The position numbers and the translations under genes were made by a program. From positions 4,402,001 through 4,466,000 of the forward strand of contig CATNEN010000003.1 in assembly GCA_950097015.1 (NCBI GenBank): 64,000 nucleotides of DNA, written 5' to 3'. This DNA comes from Macrostomum hystrix. Taxonomy: Eukaryota > Animalia > Platyhelminthes. Below the pieces are notes generated by a model, which ran no database searches, was not told the DNA's origin, and worked only from the letters and a program-made list of their open reading frames with translations. Each line of letters opens with the position of its first letter. Position 1 is the first letter of the stretch. This document shows, piece after piece, positions 36,923 to 48,515 of this stretch.

Positions 36923-39900
36923 TGTCATGCCGTAGTCTAATAGCACTCACGTATCGCTTTGCCGGTCAATCTAATATGTACATATCACTAACTCTCGCTC
37001 ACTATGTACATGCCCCCCACGCGCACGTTGATCGTCGGTTGCACGTTGAGGCAAATATATAAATACTGTCTCGCCCTACTTGGAGGGCTCACCGTTTTCT
37101 TCGCACCTCACACAGCGTGACTCTTGAGCTATTACATTGGCGTCGCAAGGCCGAACCATGGCCTTCCTACAACTGCCTCCACCAGCCCACTTTAGCATCA
37201 GAGACGACCCTCACTCTGTAAGCAAGCGCTGGCAGGAGTGGTCGACAAACCTTCTGCGGTACCTGGCGGCAACCGGCATCAAAGATGAGACGCAGAAACG
37301 CCAGATCCTTCTGTATACGGCAGGCAAAGAAGTGAGCGACCTGTACAACGAGATCGCCACCCAGTCGCAGCAACAAGAAGGCGAGCCCGCAGCCGAGCCC
37401 ACGGTCGACCAGCTGATCGCACAGTTCAGCACGCACTTCCAAGGCCGCGATAACGTCGTCTTCATTCGATACCAGTTTCGCCACTGTCTCCAGGAAGAAG
37501 GCGAATCCATAGACGCTTGGCACAGCAGACTGTGGAGCGCCTCGGAAGCCTGCAAGTTCGAGGGTCTCCGCCAGTCGCTCATCAGGGACCAAATCGTGGC
37601 CAGCTGTCGCAGCGAGTCACTGAGGAAGCGCCTGCTGAATATCCCCAACATCAGCCTGTCGGACACTCTCCAGCTGGCCAGGACGCACGAGGCAGCAGAG
37701 AAGCAGGCGGCTATCATGACCAGGACAGCGGCAGCCTCTGAGGAAGTGGCGCAACTGCGCCGCCAGCGCCACCCGCTGCCGGAACCTTCGCGTGAGTCGC
37801 AGCAATTTGCTAAGTGCATCCGGTGCGGCGAGCTGGGCCACAAAAGCTGCAGCAGGGCGCAAGGCAAGCGATGCAGCAGCTGCGGCAAGGCCAACCATCT
37901 GGCCAAGGCCTGCCTCAGCAGCCGCTCGAAGATTAACTCACTGCAGCCCGAGCAGGACCAGTCAGCCGACCAACCACCCAACGAGGTGTTCTGCACGCTC
38001 AGCGGCAAGGACGACAGCGCCAAGTTCGTCATCAGAATCAACGGCAGTCCGGTCCGCACACTGATCGACAGCGGAGCGAGCTGCAACGTGTTGGACATGG
38101 CGACGTTCCACAGAATCTGCCGGCCCGGCACGCCGCTTTCGCCGTCCAGCACCACAGTCTTTGCGCTTGGTGCCAGCGAGCCACTGAAGACAGCCGGCCA
38201 AACAACGCTCACTGTCAGAGCGAACCACCGCGAATCGCAGGCCAATTTCATCGTCATCAGCAGCAACTGCACACCGATTCTCGGAAGATCGTCCAGCACA
38301 AAGCTCGGCATGCTGAGAGTCGGACCTGAAGTCAGCACGAACTCTGCGGTGGTGGCCAGCCTAGCTAAGCCGGCCAGCAGTGAGGACCAGCACCTGCCCA
38401 AGCAGCTGCAACTTCAGACAATCCTGGCGGAATTCAGCGACTGCTTTCAAGGCATCGGATGCGTGAAGGGAGTCAGCGTCACTATCAGGCTCAGGGCGGA
38501 TGCCACTCCAGTCTGCCAGCCGCCATCCCGAGTGCCCGTTCACCTAAGGAATGCTGTAATCAAGGAGCTGGAAGATCAACTGGCACTGGGAATCGTCGAA
38601 CGAGTGCGTGGTCCAACAGCCTGGTGCTCCAGGATGGTCGCAGTTCCAAAGGCCGAGCAGGGCGAGGTTCGCATCACCCAGGACCTCCGCGAGGTGAACA
38701 AGTACGTCATCCCAGAGAAGCAGCCTATACCCACATTCGAAGAGGTGACGGACGAGATGGCGGGCGCGACGTATTTCTCGGAGCTGGACGTCGCCAAAGC
38801 CTTCCACCAAATTGAAGTCGCCGAGGAGTCTAGAGACCTGCTAACGTTCTCCTCACCCATCGGGCTCCTGCGGCTGCGCCGGCTCTGCATGGGCTTCACA
38901 TCCGCTTCCGAGATCCTCCAGCGGGTGATGACCTCCGTCCTGAGCGGCCTCCCCGGCGTCCGCTGGGTGCACGACGACATCCTGGTGTACGCGAAAAACA
39001 TTGAAGAGCACAACCAGCGCCTGCGAGACTGCCTGGCCCGGTTGAAGGCTAGCAACATCACGTTGAACCCCAAGAAGTGCCGCTTCGCCCGGCCAGAGGT
39101 CGACTTTCTCGCCATGCGGCTCTCTGCATGCGGCATTCACCCAAGCGCCGAGAAAGTAGCGGCCATCAACAACTTCAAGCGGCCGACCAACGCAACCGAG
39201 GTGCGCTCCTTCCTCGGCCTCGTCACCTTCGTGGCGCGCTTCATCAGCAACCTGTCTGACAGGGCCCGGCCACTCCGCGAGCTGACAAGGCAGGCCGCCG
39301 AGTGGACGTGGGGCGAAAAGCAAGAGGCCGCATTCAACGACATCAAACAGACGATCGCCAGCAGCCACGCGCTGGCATTCTTCAATAGTGAGCTGCAGAC
39401 TCAGCTGATCGTGGACGCCAGCCCCACGGGTGTCGGCGCCATCCTTGCCCAAGTCCAGCCAGACGGATCGACGCGGCCGGTGGCATACGCGAGCCGCAGC
39501 CTCAGCCCGACCGAGCAGCGCTACTCCCAGACGGAGCGAGAGGCCCTCGCGGTGAAGTACGGCGGCCTGAAGTTCTACCACTACCTCAGCGGGGGTGGCA
39601 GTTTCAAGGTCATCACCGACCACAAGCCGCTGATATCCCTGTTCAGCACGGGGTCTCGGCCGCCACCCCGCATTGAGCGCATGGCGCTGCGACTGCAAGA
39701 CCTTGTCTTTCGGGTCGTGTACCAGCCCGGCGCCGGCAACCCGTCTGACGTCCTGAGCCGCCAGCCGCTGCCAATGCCACCAAACAACGTCGGCGAGCAG
39801 GCGGACGCGATCTACGTGGCCACGGCAGTCCAAGCTGCCACTCCGGTGTCCATCAGCCTGGGCACAATCAAGGCGGCCTCCGAACGAGACGGCACGGTAC

Positions 39901-41469
39901 AAGCAGCGCTACACGCCATCCGCGGCCACCAATGGGACAAGAGTGACACGTGCCTGCAGGGACTCCATGGCGTATCCCACGAACTATCCGAGCTGAACGG
40001 CCTGCTGCTGCGCGGCAGTCAGCTGTACATGCCGACGACTCTGCGATACCGGTGCATGCAGCTGGCCCACCAGGGACACCAGGGCGTCAAAAAAACGCTC
40101 GACCGCTTGCAAGCGAAGGTCTGGTGGCCAGGCATGCGAGCATCCGTGTAGGCGCACGTAGCAGCTTGCACCAGCTGCCTGACCTGCACCAGCGAGACCT
40201 CGCCGAAAGCCACGCCGCTAAAGCCGACCGAACTGCCGGAGGGCCCCTGGCTCGAGCTGGGGCTCGACTTCCTAGGACCGATAAACGGCAAGTCGCTGCT
40301 CGTCTGTACGGACCACTTCTCCAGGTTCCCGCTCGTGGAGGTCATGGCCAGCACCACCGCCTCCGCCGTCATCAACGTGCTACGCCGGTGGTTTAGCATC
40401 TTCGGGCAGCCGACAAAGGTGACCACAGACAATGGCCCACCCTTCGCATCGGCCGAGTTCAGCAGCTTCCTGATGGATCAGGGCGCTCGGCACCATCGGA
40501 TCACGCCTCTCTACCCTCAGGCCAACGGCGCAACGGAGCGGTGCAATCAAGGGCTGAACAAGGCTATCCGCGCAGCGATCGTCGAAGGCAGGGACTGGAC
40601 ACTGGCCCTGGACGAGTACCTGGCAGCGTACAGACGCACTCCGCACTGCTCCACGGGCGTCGCGCCGGCCAGTCTGTTATTTGGCAGGCAGATCAACGAT
40701 GTGATCCCGAGTCTCCGACACTCGCAGCCCGTCGACGCGACTCGAGCGGCCATTGCCGACAGCGACAGACAGGCCAAGGAGGCTATGAAGCGGCACGCCG
40801 ACCGACGCTTCAGAGCCGCCGACCACGGCATTCACACCGGCGACCGCGTCCTCAAGCGCCAGCAGCCCCGGCAAAAGACGGACGCCTTCTACGAGTCGGC
40901 GCCGTGGACCGTGGCCGAGGTGCAAGGCGACTCCCTGCTCATGCAGCGCGACGACGTCGTCTGCCGCAGGCACGCCACGCAGGTCAAGCGGCTGCCCGGG
41001 CAGCCTGAGCAGTCCGATCAGCAGCCGCTCGAACCTCCCGACGCCCCTGAGCTCACGGAGCCAGTCGCAGCCCGGCTCCACCCACGGCGGGCGAAGGACC
41101 CAGAGAGGAACTACAGAGAACCCGACCTGCGCAGAAGCTGAATTGCTTGATTGACAGACTTAAGTTACAAGGACTGTTCTAAAAACAATTATATTGTTGC
41201 CTGCTACTACTTCTTTCATTTTATTCCCTTAATTTTTCATCCACTTGAGGAGGACTGTCATGCCGTAGTCTAATAGCACTCACGTATCGCTTTGCCGGTC
41301 AATCTAATATGTACATATCACTAACTCTCGCTCACTATGTACATGCCCCCCACGCGCACGTTGATCGTCGGTTGCACGTTGAGGCAAATATATAAATACT
41401 GTCTCGCCCTACTTGGAGGGCTCACCGTTTTCTTCGCACCTCACACAGCGTGACTCTTGAGCTATTACA
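36923..41469 (+). mobile_element. Full-length Ty3/Gypsy LTR retrotransposon (Mag-like), 4547 bp
   Basis: 214-bp TG..CA LTRs (36923-37136, 41256-41469) that appear identical. 5-bp TSD ATAAG, PBS tggcgtcgc at 37138, and polypurine tract gaggagga before the 3' LTR. Confidence 0.97.
37158..41141 (+). CDS. Gag-Pol polyprotein (2 CCHC knuckles, protease, RT, RNase H, integrase) with one in-frame TAG at 40149-40151
   Basis: LIDSGASCN protease; WVHDDILVY RT; DASPTGVGA and YSQTEREALA RNase H; H..GHQG..C..C, LDFLGP, TDNGPPF and ANGATER integrase. The frame continues through the stop. Confidence 0.92.
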
Positions 41470-42779
41470 ATAAGAATTTGATGGGACTGATGATAAGGAT
41501 TTGATGAGAATGATGATAAGGATGTGATGAGACTGATGATAAGGATTTGATGGGACTGATGATAAGGATTTGATGAGACTGATGATAAGGATGTGATGAG
41601 ACTGATAATAAGGATTTGATGGGACTGATGATAAGGATTTGATGAGACTGATGATAAGGATGTGATGAGACTGATGATAAGGATTTGATGAGACTGATGA
41701 TAAGGATGTGATGAGACTGATAATAAGGATTTGATGGGACTGATGATAAGAATTTGATGAGAATGATGATAAGGATGTGATGAGAATGATGATAAGGATT
41801 TGATGAGACTGATGATAAGGATGTGATGAGACTGATAATAAGGATTTGATGGGACTGATGATAAGGATGTGATGAGAATGATGATAAGGATTTGATGAGA
41901 CTGATGATAAGGATGTGATGAGAATGATGATAAGGATTTGATGAGACTGATGATAAGGATGTGATGAGACTGATAATAAGGATTTGATGGGACTGATGAT
42001 AAGGATGTGATGAGAATGATGATAAGGATTTGATGAGACTGATGATAAGGATGTGATGAGACTGATAATAAGGATTTGATGGGACTGATGATAAGAATTT
42101 GATGAGAATGATGATAAGGATTTGATGAGACTGATGATAAGGATTTGATGAGACTGATGATAAGGATTTGATGAGAATGATGATAAGGATGTGATGAGAC
42201 TGATGATAAGGATTTGATGAGACTGATAATAAGGATGTGATGAGACTGATGATAAGGATTTGATGAGGATGATGATAAGGATTTGATGGGACTGATGATA
42301 AGGATTTGATGAGACTGATGATAAGGATGTGATGAGACTGATGATAAGGATTTGATGAGACTGATGATAAGGATGTGATGAGACTGATAATAAGGATGTG
42401 ATGAGACTGATGATAAGGATTTGATGAGGATGATGATAAGGATTTGATGGGACTGATGATAAGGATTTGATGAGACTGATGATAAGGATTTGATGAGACT
42501 GATGATAAGGATGTGATGAGACTGATGATAAGGATTTGATGAGACTGATAATAAGGATGTGATGAGACTGATGATAAGGATTTGATGAGGATGATGATAA
42601 GGATTTGATGGGACTGATGATAAGGATTTGATGAGACTGATGATAAGGATGTGATGAGACTGATGATAAGGATTTGATGAGGATGATGATAAGGATGTGA
42701 TGAGACTGATAAAAAGTATTGAATGGGAATGCTGATAAGGATATGATGATAATAATAGTAAGCATCTTTTTAACATCAT

Positions 42780-44560
42780 AAATGACATGCAAACGCAACA
42801 ATGGGTGGTTGTCTGGAATTGAGATTTCAGTTAATGGCCATAGACACGAGCGTGCGTAGCGCGCGAGTGTCAATTTGGCCATTAACTGAAATCTCAATTC
42901 CAGACGACATCATTGTCCAAATTGTCAGCTAGGGGTTAGAAATTAAAGTGGGTGGGGGACGGAAATGGGGGTGTGGGGGCGAAGCCCCCACATCTTAATA
43001 TCTGCCACGTCTATGGGAAATCCCAAGGGTTAGAAAAAATTAGTTAGTTCAGTTCCAGACAACGGCAGAACACACGAAATCATAGAGAATGATATGTCTA
43101 TGGTCAAGACGACGGAGTTTTAAAGAGTCGCTGTTCATCGGGCGAGTAGAATCAATTTCATAGAATGGAAGGCATTCATTTTCCAATCAATTGGTGCAAT
43201 CTGCCTATCGACGAATTAGGCAATGTCGACTCGTTCGAACTGAACTTTATTTCCGAGACTTCAAATATCGACCGACGCGACGACGAATTTGCAGCGTTCC
43301 TTGAATATATTCAAAGTGATCGTTCTAACGATGAACTGCCGTGCCTAGATGGCGAGCAACTTGATGTTAGCGAGATGGATCGAGTAGAAATTGAAAGCCT
43401 ACCTGCCGAAACGAGGAAGCAGATGTATATTCACGGGGAACGCTTCCTTAATCTCTTCGCGAGTGAGAAACTACGAGACGTTTCAGAAGTGCCGGCCGAA
43501 ACCCTCAATCAGTACTTAAGGTACTTCTACTTTAAATTGAAGCGGCAGGATGGAAAGTCATATTCGCCTGCTTCTCTAGTCTGCATCAGGGCAGGAATAC
43601 AGAGGTACCTGCGTGTAATTCGAAAATTGAAAGTAAACATCATCACCGGTGTAGAGTTCCAGCAAGCGAACGATATGCTTCGAGTGCAGGTAAGAAAGTT
43701 TCACCAAGAAGGAGGCGACGTCCAGCAGTATGAGCCGATCGAAGAGGGCGACATGTCGAAGCTGGCAGATTACTTTCGAGACGGAAGCGCTGAAGCCGAG
43801 CAGGATAGGTTCTTGTTCTATATTCTGTACAGTCTCGGTGAGCGAGGACAAGAGCATCTGAAATATCTGAAGAAACGCGACATCCTCGAGCTGCGCACTG
43901 ATGCAGATGGCAAAGAGTACTATTGTCTACCAAAGCTTCCATTGAAGAACAAACCTGCTGATCCTGTGAAGGCCAAGTCCACCAAGGACAACAAACAGGC
44001 CAGAATCTACGTCAGAGAGAACAACCCGTCGCTATCTGGCGAGGCGGCGTGACCGTTCCCTACAGAAGAATAGTGCATCGGTTTCTTCTGCTCTTCAGTT
44101 GCGCTCTGATGAGGATGCTGTCGCCATCCCTGCTTCCGGTTCGGCTGTTGCTGAACAAGACGAGTCCGTCGCCATCCCTGCTCCTGACTCGGATGCCACT
44201 ATCTCCATCCAATCGGGCCTGTGCTTTACCGGCTTCAATAGTCACGACAACCCTGTCAGTTCAACTTCAGTTCAGTTCAGTTTCAATGGATGCACGTTTA
44301 ATCAGTGCAAGTTTAACTAATTTTTACTAAAACTAAAACTTGTTTGTCATTTGTTAAGTTTAAACTATACGCGTTAACTTAAAAAAATTATTCTAAAAAT
44401 TCCAAACAATGACCGGTCATTGTATGAATGTCATTGCCTTGAATTAAATTACCATAGACATTTTGGACAATGAGTATTTTGCTTTTTAGTCATGCTGGTG
44501 TAATTTATCTCCAACACACTTGTCTGCACAAAAATTCAAGTAAACATTTTGTCTATGGCC
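42780..44560 (+). mobile_element. Internally deleted Crypton (tyrosine-recombinase DNA transposon); boundaries approximate
   Basis: 30-bp palindrome arms at 42811-42840 and 42876-42905, a GCGAAGC hairpin at 42972-42992, recurrent gtctatgg/ccatagac motifs, and a DUF3504/Crypton-like ORF. Confidence 0.6.
43165..44052 (+). pseudogene. Truncated Crypton/DUF3504 (ZMYM/KIAA1958-like) tyrosine recombinase
   Basis: LNQYLRYFYFKLKRQDGKSYSPASLVCIRAGIQRYL and LGERGQEHLKYL match Crypton-type recombinase motifs. The HxxR and catalytic Tyr region is absent. A C-terminal FSFNGCTFN tail sits in another frame (44099-44320). Confidence 0.7.
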
Positions 44561-44954
44561 AGGCCAGGTAAAATTATATTTCCAGCCTAATCAGACTCAA
44601 TATGTACTCAGGACTAACAATAGTCCAGAAACTTTCGCAGAACCTCCCTCGTATTTACTTATAGTAATCTTTCTCACCTAGGTAGAACCATTTATAATGT
44701 TTCAATATAAAACTCTTATTATGAAATGCATCAAATTGTCCATAGTCAGATATTTTCTCCAGCATGTTACCCGCAAATGACGAATTAAAAGAGATACCTG
44801 ATATTATTTCGTTGAGATATATTTGCGCAGCTAATAAATGAGCACAACTTTATCGGCAGAATTCAAACTAACAACGCCGGGATTTTCTACGCATCTGCTT
44901 AATTTTGTTACTAATTTAATAAAATGCGTAAATTAGTCCACTAATTATGAATTA

Positions 44955-45447
44955 TGTGTCAGATCCTGCTGCGATTCTAGTGTCAGATCCTGCTGCGATT
45001 CTAGTGTCAGATCCTGCTGCGATTCTAGTGTCAGATCCTGCTGCGATTCTAGTGTCAGATCCTGCTGCGATTCTGGTGTCAGATCCTGCTGCGATTCTAG
45101 TGTCAGATCCTGCTGCGATGCTGGTGTCAGATCCTGCTGCGATTCTAGTGTCAGATCCTGCTGCGATTCTGGTGTCAGATCCTGCTGCGATTCTGGTGTC
45201 AGATCCTGCTGCGATTCTAGTATCAGATCCTGCTGCGATTCTAGTGTCAGATCCTGCTGCGATGCTGGTGTCAGATCCTGCTGCGATTCTAGTGTCAGAT
45301 CCTGCTGCGATTCTGGTGTCAGATCCTGCTGCGATTCTAGTGTCAGATCCTGCTGCGATTCTGGTGTCAGATCCTGCTGCGATTCTGGTGTCAGATCCTG
45401 CTGCGATTCTAGTGTCAGATCCTGCTGCGATTCTGGTGTCAGATCTT
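44955..45447. repeat. 24-bp minisatellite (gtgtcagatcctgctgcgattcta)
   Basis: Direct inspection. Source of the (VSDPAAIL)n ORF. Confidence 0.95.
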
Positions 45448-46189
45448 TAATGCGATTTTGGAATTAGCGAGGAGTCAGTTTTTGTTGCTGCTGCTAATTT
45501 CCTAAAAAGGCGCGGCTCCACTCTGGAAGGGAGAGAGCCCGAAGTTCGAAAAAGAAGCGTGCCCTGCACTATATACCACATTTTTTTACTCTTTAGCAAA
45601 CCCCTTAAAACAGCACACCCACCCCCTCCGGCTTGATCTTCCTCCCTCAAAAGCAGTGCAGAGCCAGCCAGACGGGACTGCAGATGCAAAGACTTTGATC
45701 GTCTTTAGTCTATGACCAAAGGGGTTAAATTATCGATTGGTTAAAGCAGAAGCTTCTCTTCTTAAAAGCAGGGCAGTGTTACTTTCACACCCTTCTACCA
45801 CAGACAATGAATTTAGAGACAGGACCGCCCCTATCGATTTCGAAGGTGTTAAGTAGGGTGGCAGCTTTATACAATTCATTTTTCTTATTTGCAGCGCAAT
45901 TAATCAGCAGCATCAGCATCAGCAGCTCGACAGCCCCGTCCGCCAGTGCCAATTTCGAGGTGAGATAAGTATTCCATTGTACGGCTGGATTGCGTAGTTA
46001 GCCTCTGCGAAATATAATCGAGTAGACTTTAGCATGGAAATATTCGAATTGCCTTTCCGTGTTTGTTTGCTTGTTGTCGTACCGATGCCAATCAAAAGAC
46101 CTAGAGTCTGTGTCAATCAGTGTCAATCATGTGTTGGCTCCGCAATTCTCGCTGACAGGTGCAGGGAAGAGGAAATTTGCGCAATTTCA

Positions 46190-48121
46190 ATGCGTTCGAC
46201 AACTACTACAATGCTTGAGCTGCTGCTTCTGCAACTGCTCGCAAGCCTCGGCTCCAGCAGCCAGCCTCTGGGCTCCAACAGTCGCCTGTGCAAGACTATC
46301 ACCATCACGAACAGAGAGTATGCCGGGAAACATTGGAGCAACAGCCGACTGCACGCAGAACTCAGCGCCAAGGTGGCCGGATGCCAGTATGTGTACGGCG
46401 ATCTCGAAATCTTGGACCTTGGCGCTCATGACTTAAGACTTCAGGTGCCTTTTGACGACGCTTTCCGTGGACTTGAGACAGACTTTCTCGACTCCATCGT
46501 TGAGATAAGCGGGCGGTTATTCATTAAACATGTCAACTTGACGCGAATCACCTTGCGCAACCTGCGAACCATACGCGGCTACAATCACAAGAATGTGAGT
46601 CCATTCTACTCAATGCAAGTCTCGCAGATGAGATTCCCCATCCAACTGGAGCTGCCCAAGCTGAGCGCCATCCTGCAAGGCAGTGTCAGCATGTCTGGCC
46701 AAGTGCATTCGGACCTGTACTGCCATTTGACTCGCAGCGTGAACTGGACGAGTCTGTTTCAAAACCCAGCGCTGCAAAAATTCATCGATGGTGCCTCCAA
46801 ATACAAGAGTGCCTGCAGTTCAGTACTGAATTGCAGCAGCAGCTGCCACACTGAATGGTCTGGTCGACAGCTCTGCTGGTCAAACGGGAAAAACGGCTGC
46901 CAGAGCTTCAACGGATGTCTCCAGCGACCGTGCCGAAATTGCTACCGACATCCCCAAACAAGCACCGAGGAGTGTTGCAACACCGACTGTCTCGGCGGCT
47001 GCTCCGACCGACCTGATGGCTGTTTCACGTGCCGCGAGGTCATTCAGGATGGGATTTGCAAGGACAAGTGTTCACTTAAGTCGGACCCGAACCCCGGAAC
47101 GAACTCCAGCATGAAGCGGGTGGGCCACATCTGCGTGAACAAGTGCGAGATGCCGTTTCTCACGAGCTCCAACGAAGAGCACTGCTTGAGCGAGTGTCCT
47201 CGGACTGAGTATCCGTACCAAGGGGTCTGCAAAAAATGCACCCAGTCGCCTTGCAAGTCCTGCACAATCACCTGCAGGCCATTCATCACTGACGATGAGG
47301 CCAAGAAGCTCAAGAACGAAAACTGCACCACCGGGTTGATCAAGGATGCCGTTTGTGTCCTCGGCAACGACGTGAGCAAAGCTGGTGTGATGGCACTGGA
47401 ATCACTAGAAATACTTTATGGTAACTTTTTTATCACGCAAACCGCAATCGATGGGCACAATCTTGGATTTCTCAAGAACATAAAGTTTGTGTCGGGCGAG
47501 TTCTATATTAAGTGGTTAAATGCAACCTACCTTGGTCTCGCCAAGCTAAAATACGCAAAGCCTCTCATGATTTTGCTGGTGAGCGGTCTGTGCAAGGCTT
47601 GGTTCCCGAGCAACAGAATTCATGAAATCACGAATGTCACCAAGGAGTTTAAAATATTCGTCAGAGAAATCCGCTTCGACAACTCAAGCGAAGTGTGCCG
47701 AAATGCTGCCTGCGACCCTCAGTGCAGAGACGAGTGCTGGGGACCCGGACCGGATATGTGCGTGGCCTGCAGGAGTTTCGAGGTGGACGGTGTCTGTTAT
47801 GCCACGTGCAAGCATGCAGGCCGATATCAGCTAGGCACTTTGTGTCTGCCGTGCCACAGTGAGTGCGACGGCGGCTGCAGCGGTCCGAGCGCTTCGGAGT
47901 GCAAGCGATGCCGAAACCTGAAGGAGGACGGCAAGTGCGTGGCCTCCTGCAGCCGAGAAAGGCGCCCGAGCTTAATGGGCGTCTGCTACTCGGTGGCGAC
48001 AGCGAGGCTCTTTGAAGTCGGCATCGGCTTCGGCATCGGCGTCGGCCTGCTAATTCTGCTGCTGCTGCTGCTGACGCTCGCCTACATGCGCTACCCCAAT
48101 CTCACAGCTGTGTTTATTTGA
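46190..48121 (+). CDS. EGFR/ErbB-like membrane protein lacking a kinase domain (signal peptide, L1, furin-like CR, L2, CR/domain IV, TM, 10-aa tail); intronless
   Basis: GCQYVYGDLEI, LDSIVEISGRLFI, LRNLRTIRG, ECCNTDCLGGC, NLGFLKNIKFVSG, CDPQCRDECWGPGPDMCVAC, TM IGFGIGVGLLILLLLLLTLAY, then stop. The start is set at the Met before the signal peptide; the ORF opens at 46034. Confidence 0.85.
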   Translation: MRSTTTTMLELLLLQLLASLGSSSQPLGSNSRLCKTITITNREYAGKHWSNSRLHAELSAKVAGCQYVYGDLEILDLGAHDLRLQVPFDDAFRGLETDFLDSIVEISGRLFIKHVNLTRITLRNLRTIRGYNHKNVSPFYSMQVSQMRFPIQLELPKLSAILQGSVSMSGQVHSDLYCHLTRSVNWTSLFQNPALQKFIDGASKYKSACSSVLNCSSSCHTEWSGRQLCWSNGKNGCQSFNGCLQRPCRNCYRHPQTSTEECCNTDCLGGCSDRPDGCFTCREVIQDGICKDKCSLKSDPNPGTNSSMKRVGHICVNKCEMPFLTSSNEEHCLSECPRTEYPYQGVCKKCTQSPCKSCTITCRPFITDDEAKKLKNENCTTGLIKDAVCVLGNDVSKAGVMALESLEILYGNFFITQTAIDGHNLGFLKNIKFVSGEFYIKWLNATYLGLAKLKYAKPLMILLVSGLCKAWFPSNRIHEITNVTKEFKIFVREIRFDNSSEVCRNAACDPQCRDECWGPGPDMCVACRSFEVDGVCYATCKHAGRYQLGTLCLPCHSECDGGCSGPSASECKRCRNLKEDGKCVASCSRERRPSLMGVCYSVATARLFEVGIGFGIGVGLLILLLLLLTLAYMRYPNLTAVFI

Positions 48122-48515
48122 GCTTTAACACCTACGTGATTCATCAAACCCAAACGAGTATCGAGAATATTGGGAAAATTTGCGGCACAACCAACTCTAG
48201 TGTTTATGAATGGAAGTGCATTTTCTGTTTTTATTAGCTTCCGTGACATCGAATATTTTTTTTTTAAAAATCCAATATTTTGGAAAATCTCAAAAAAGGA
48301 AAAGTTTGTTGCTCTGGCAGATCAGTTTTCTCTTCAGTTTCTCCAGCCAGAGCTCAATGGCTTAACGCTGCAATTCATTAACTAACAATTGTCTAATTAT
48401 ATGGCCTCAAAAATATTTTTATTAACTGTCGCTTGCCTCCGACTGTCAGCCGAAAAATAAAAACTGGTTATTGTAAAGATCGTTTAAGACTTATCAATCA
48501 CTTATCTCAGACTTA

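Larger units (their letters stand above)
36330..42715. repeat. 23-bp satellite (actgatgataaggatttgatgag) split by a Gypsy insertion (36330-36922 and 41470-42715)
   Basis: Direct inspection. Confidence 0.93.

Noticed and set aside
36311-42897. Minus-strand His/Ser/Ile-rich ORFs and antisense ORFs over gag-pol
   Set aside because: 23-bp satellite translations and shadow frames of GC-rich coding DNA.
44947-45450. (VSDPAAIL)n ORF with ATG and stop
   Set aside because: Coincides exactly with the 24-bp array; no other support.
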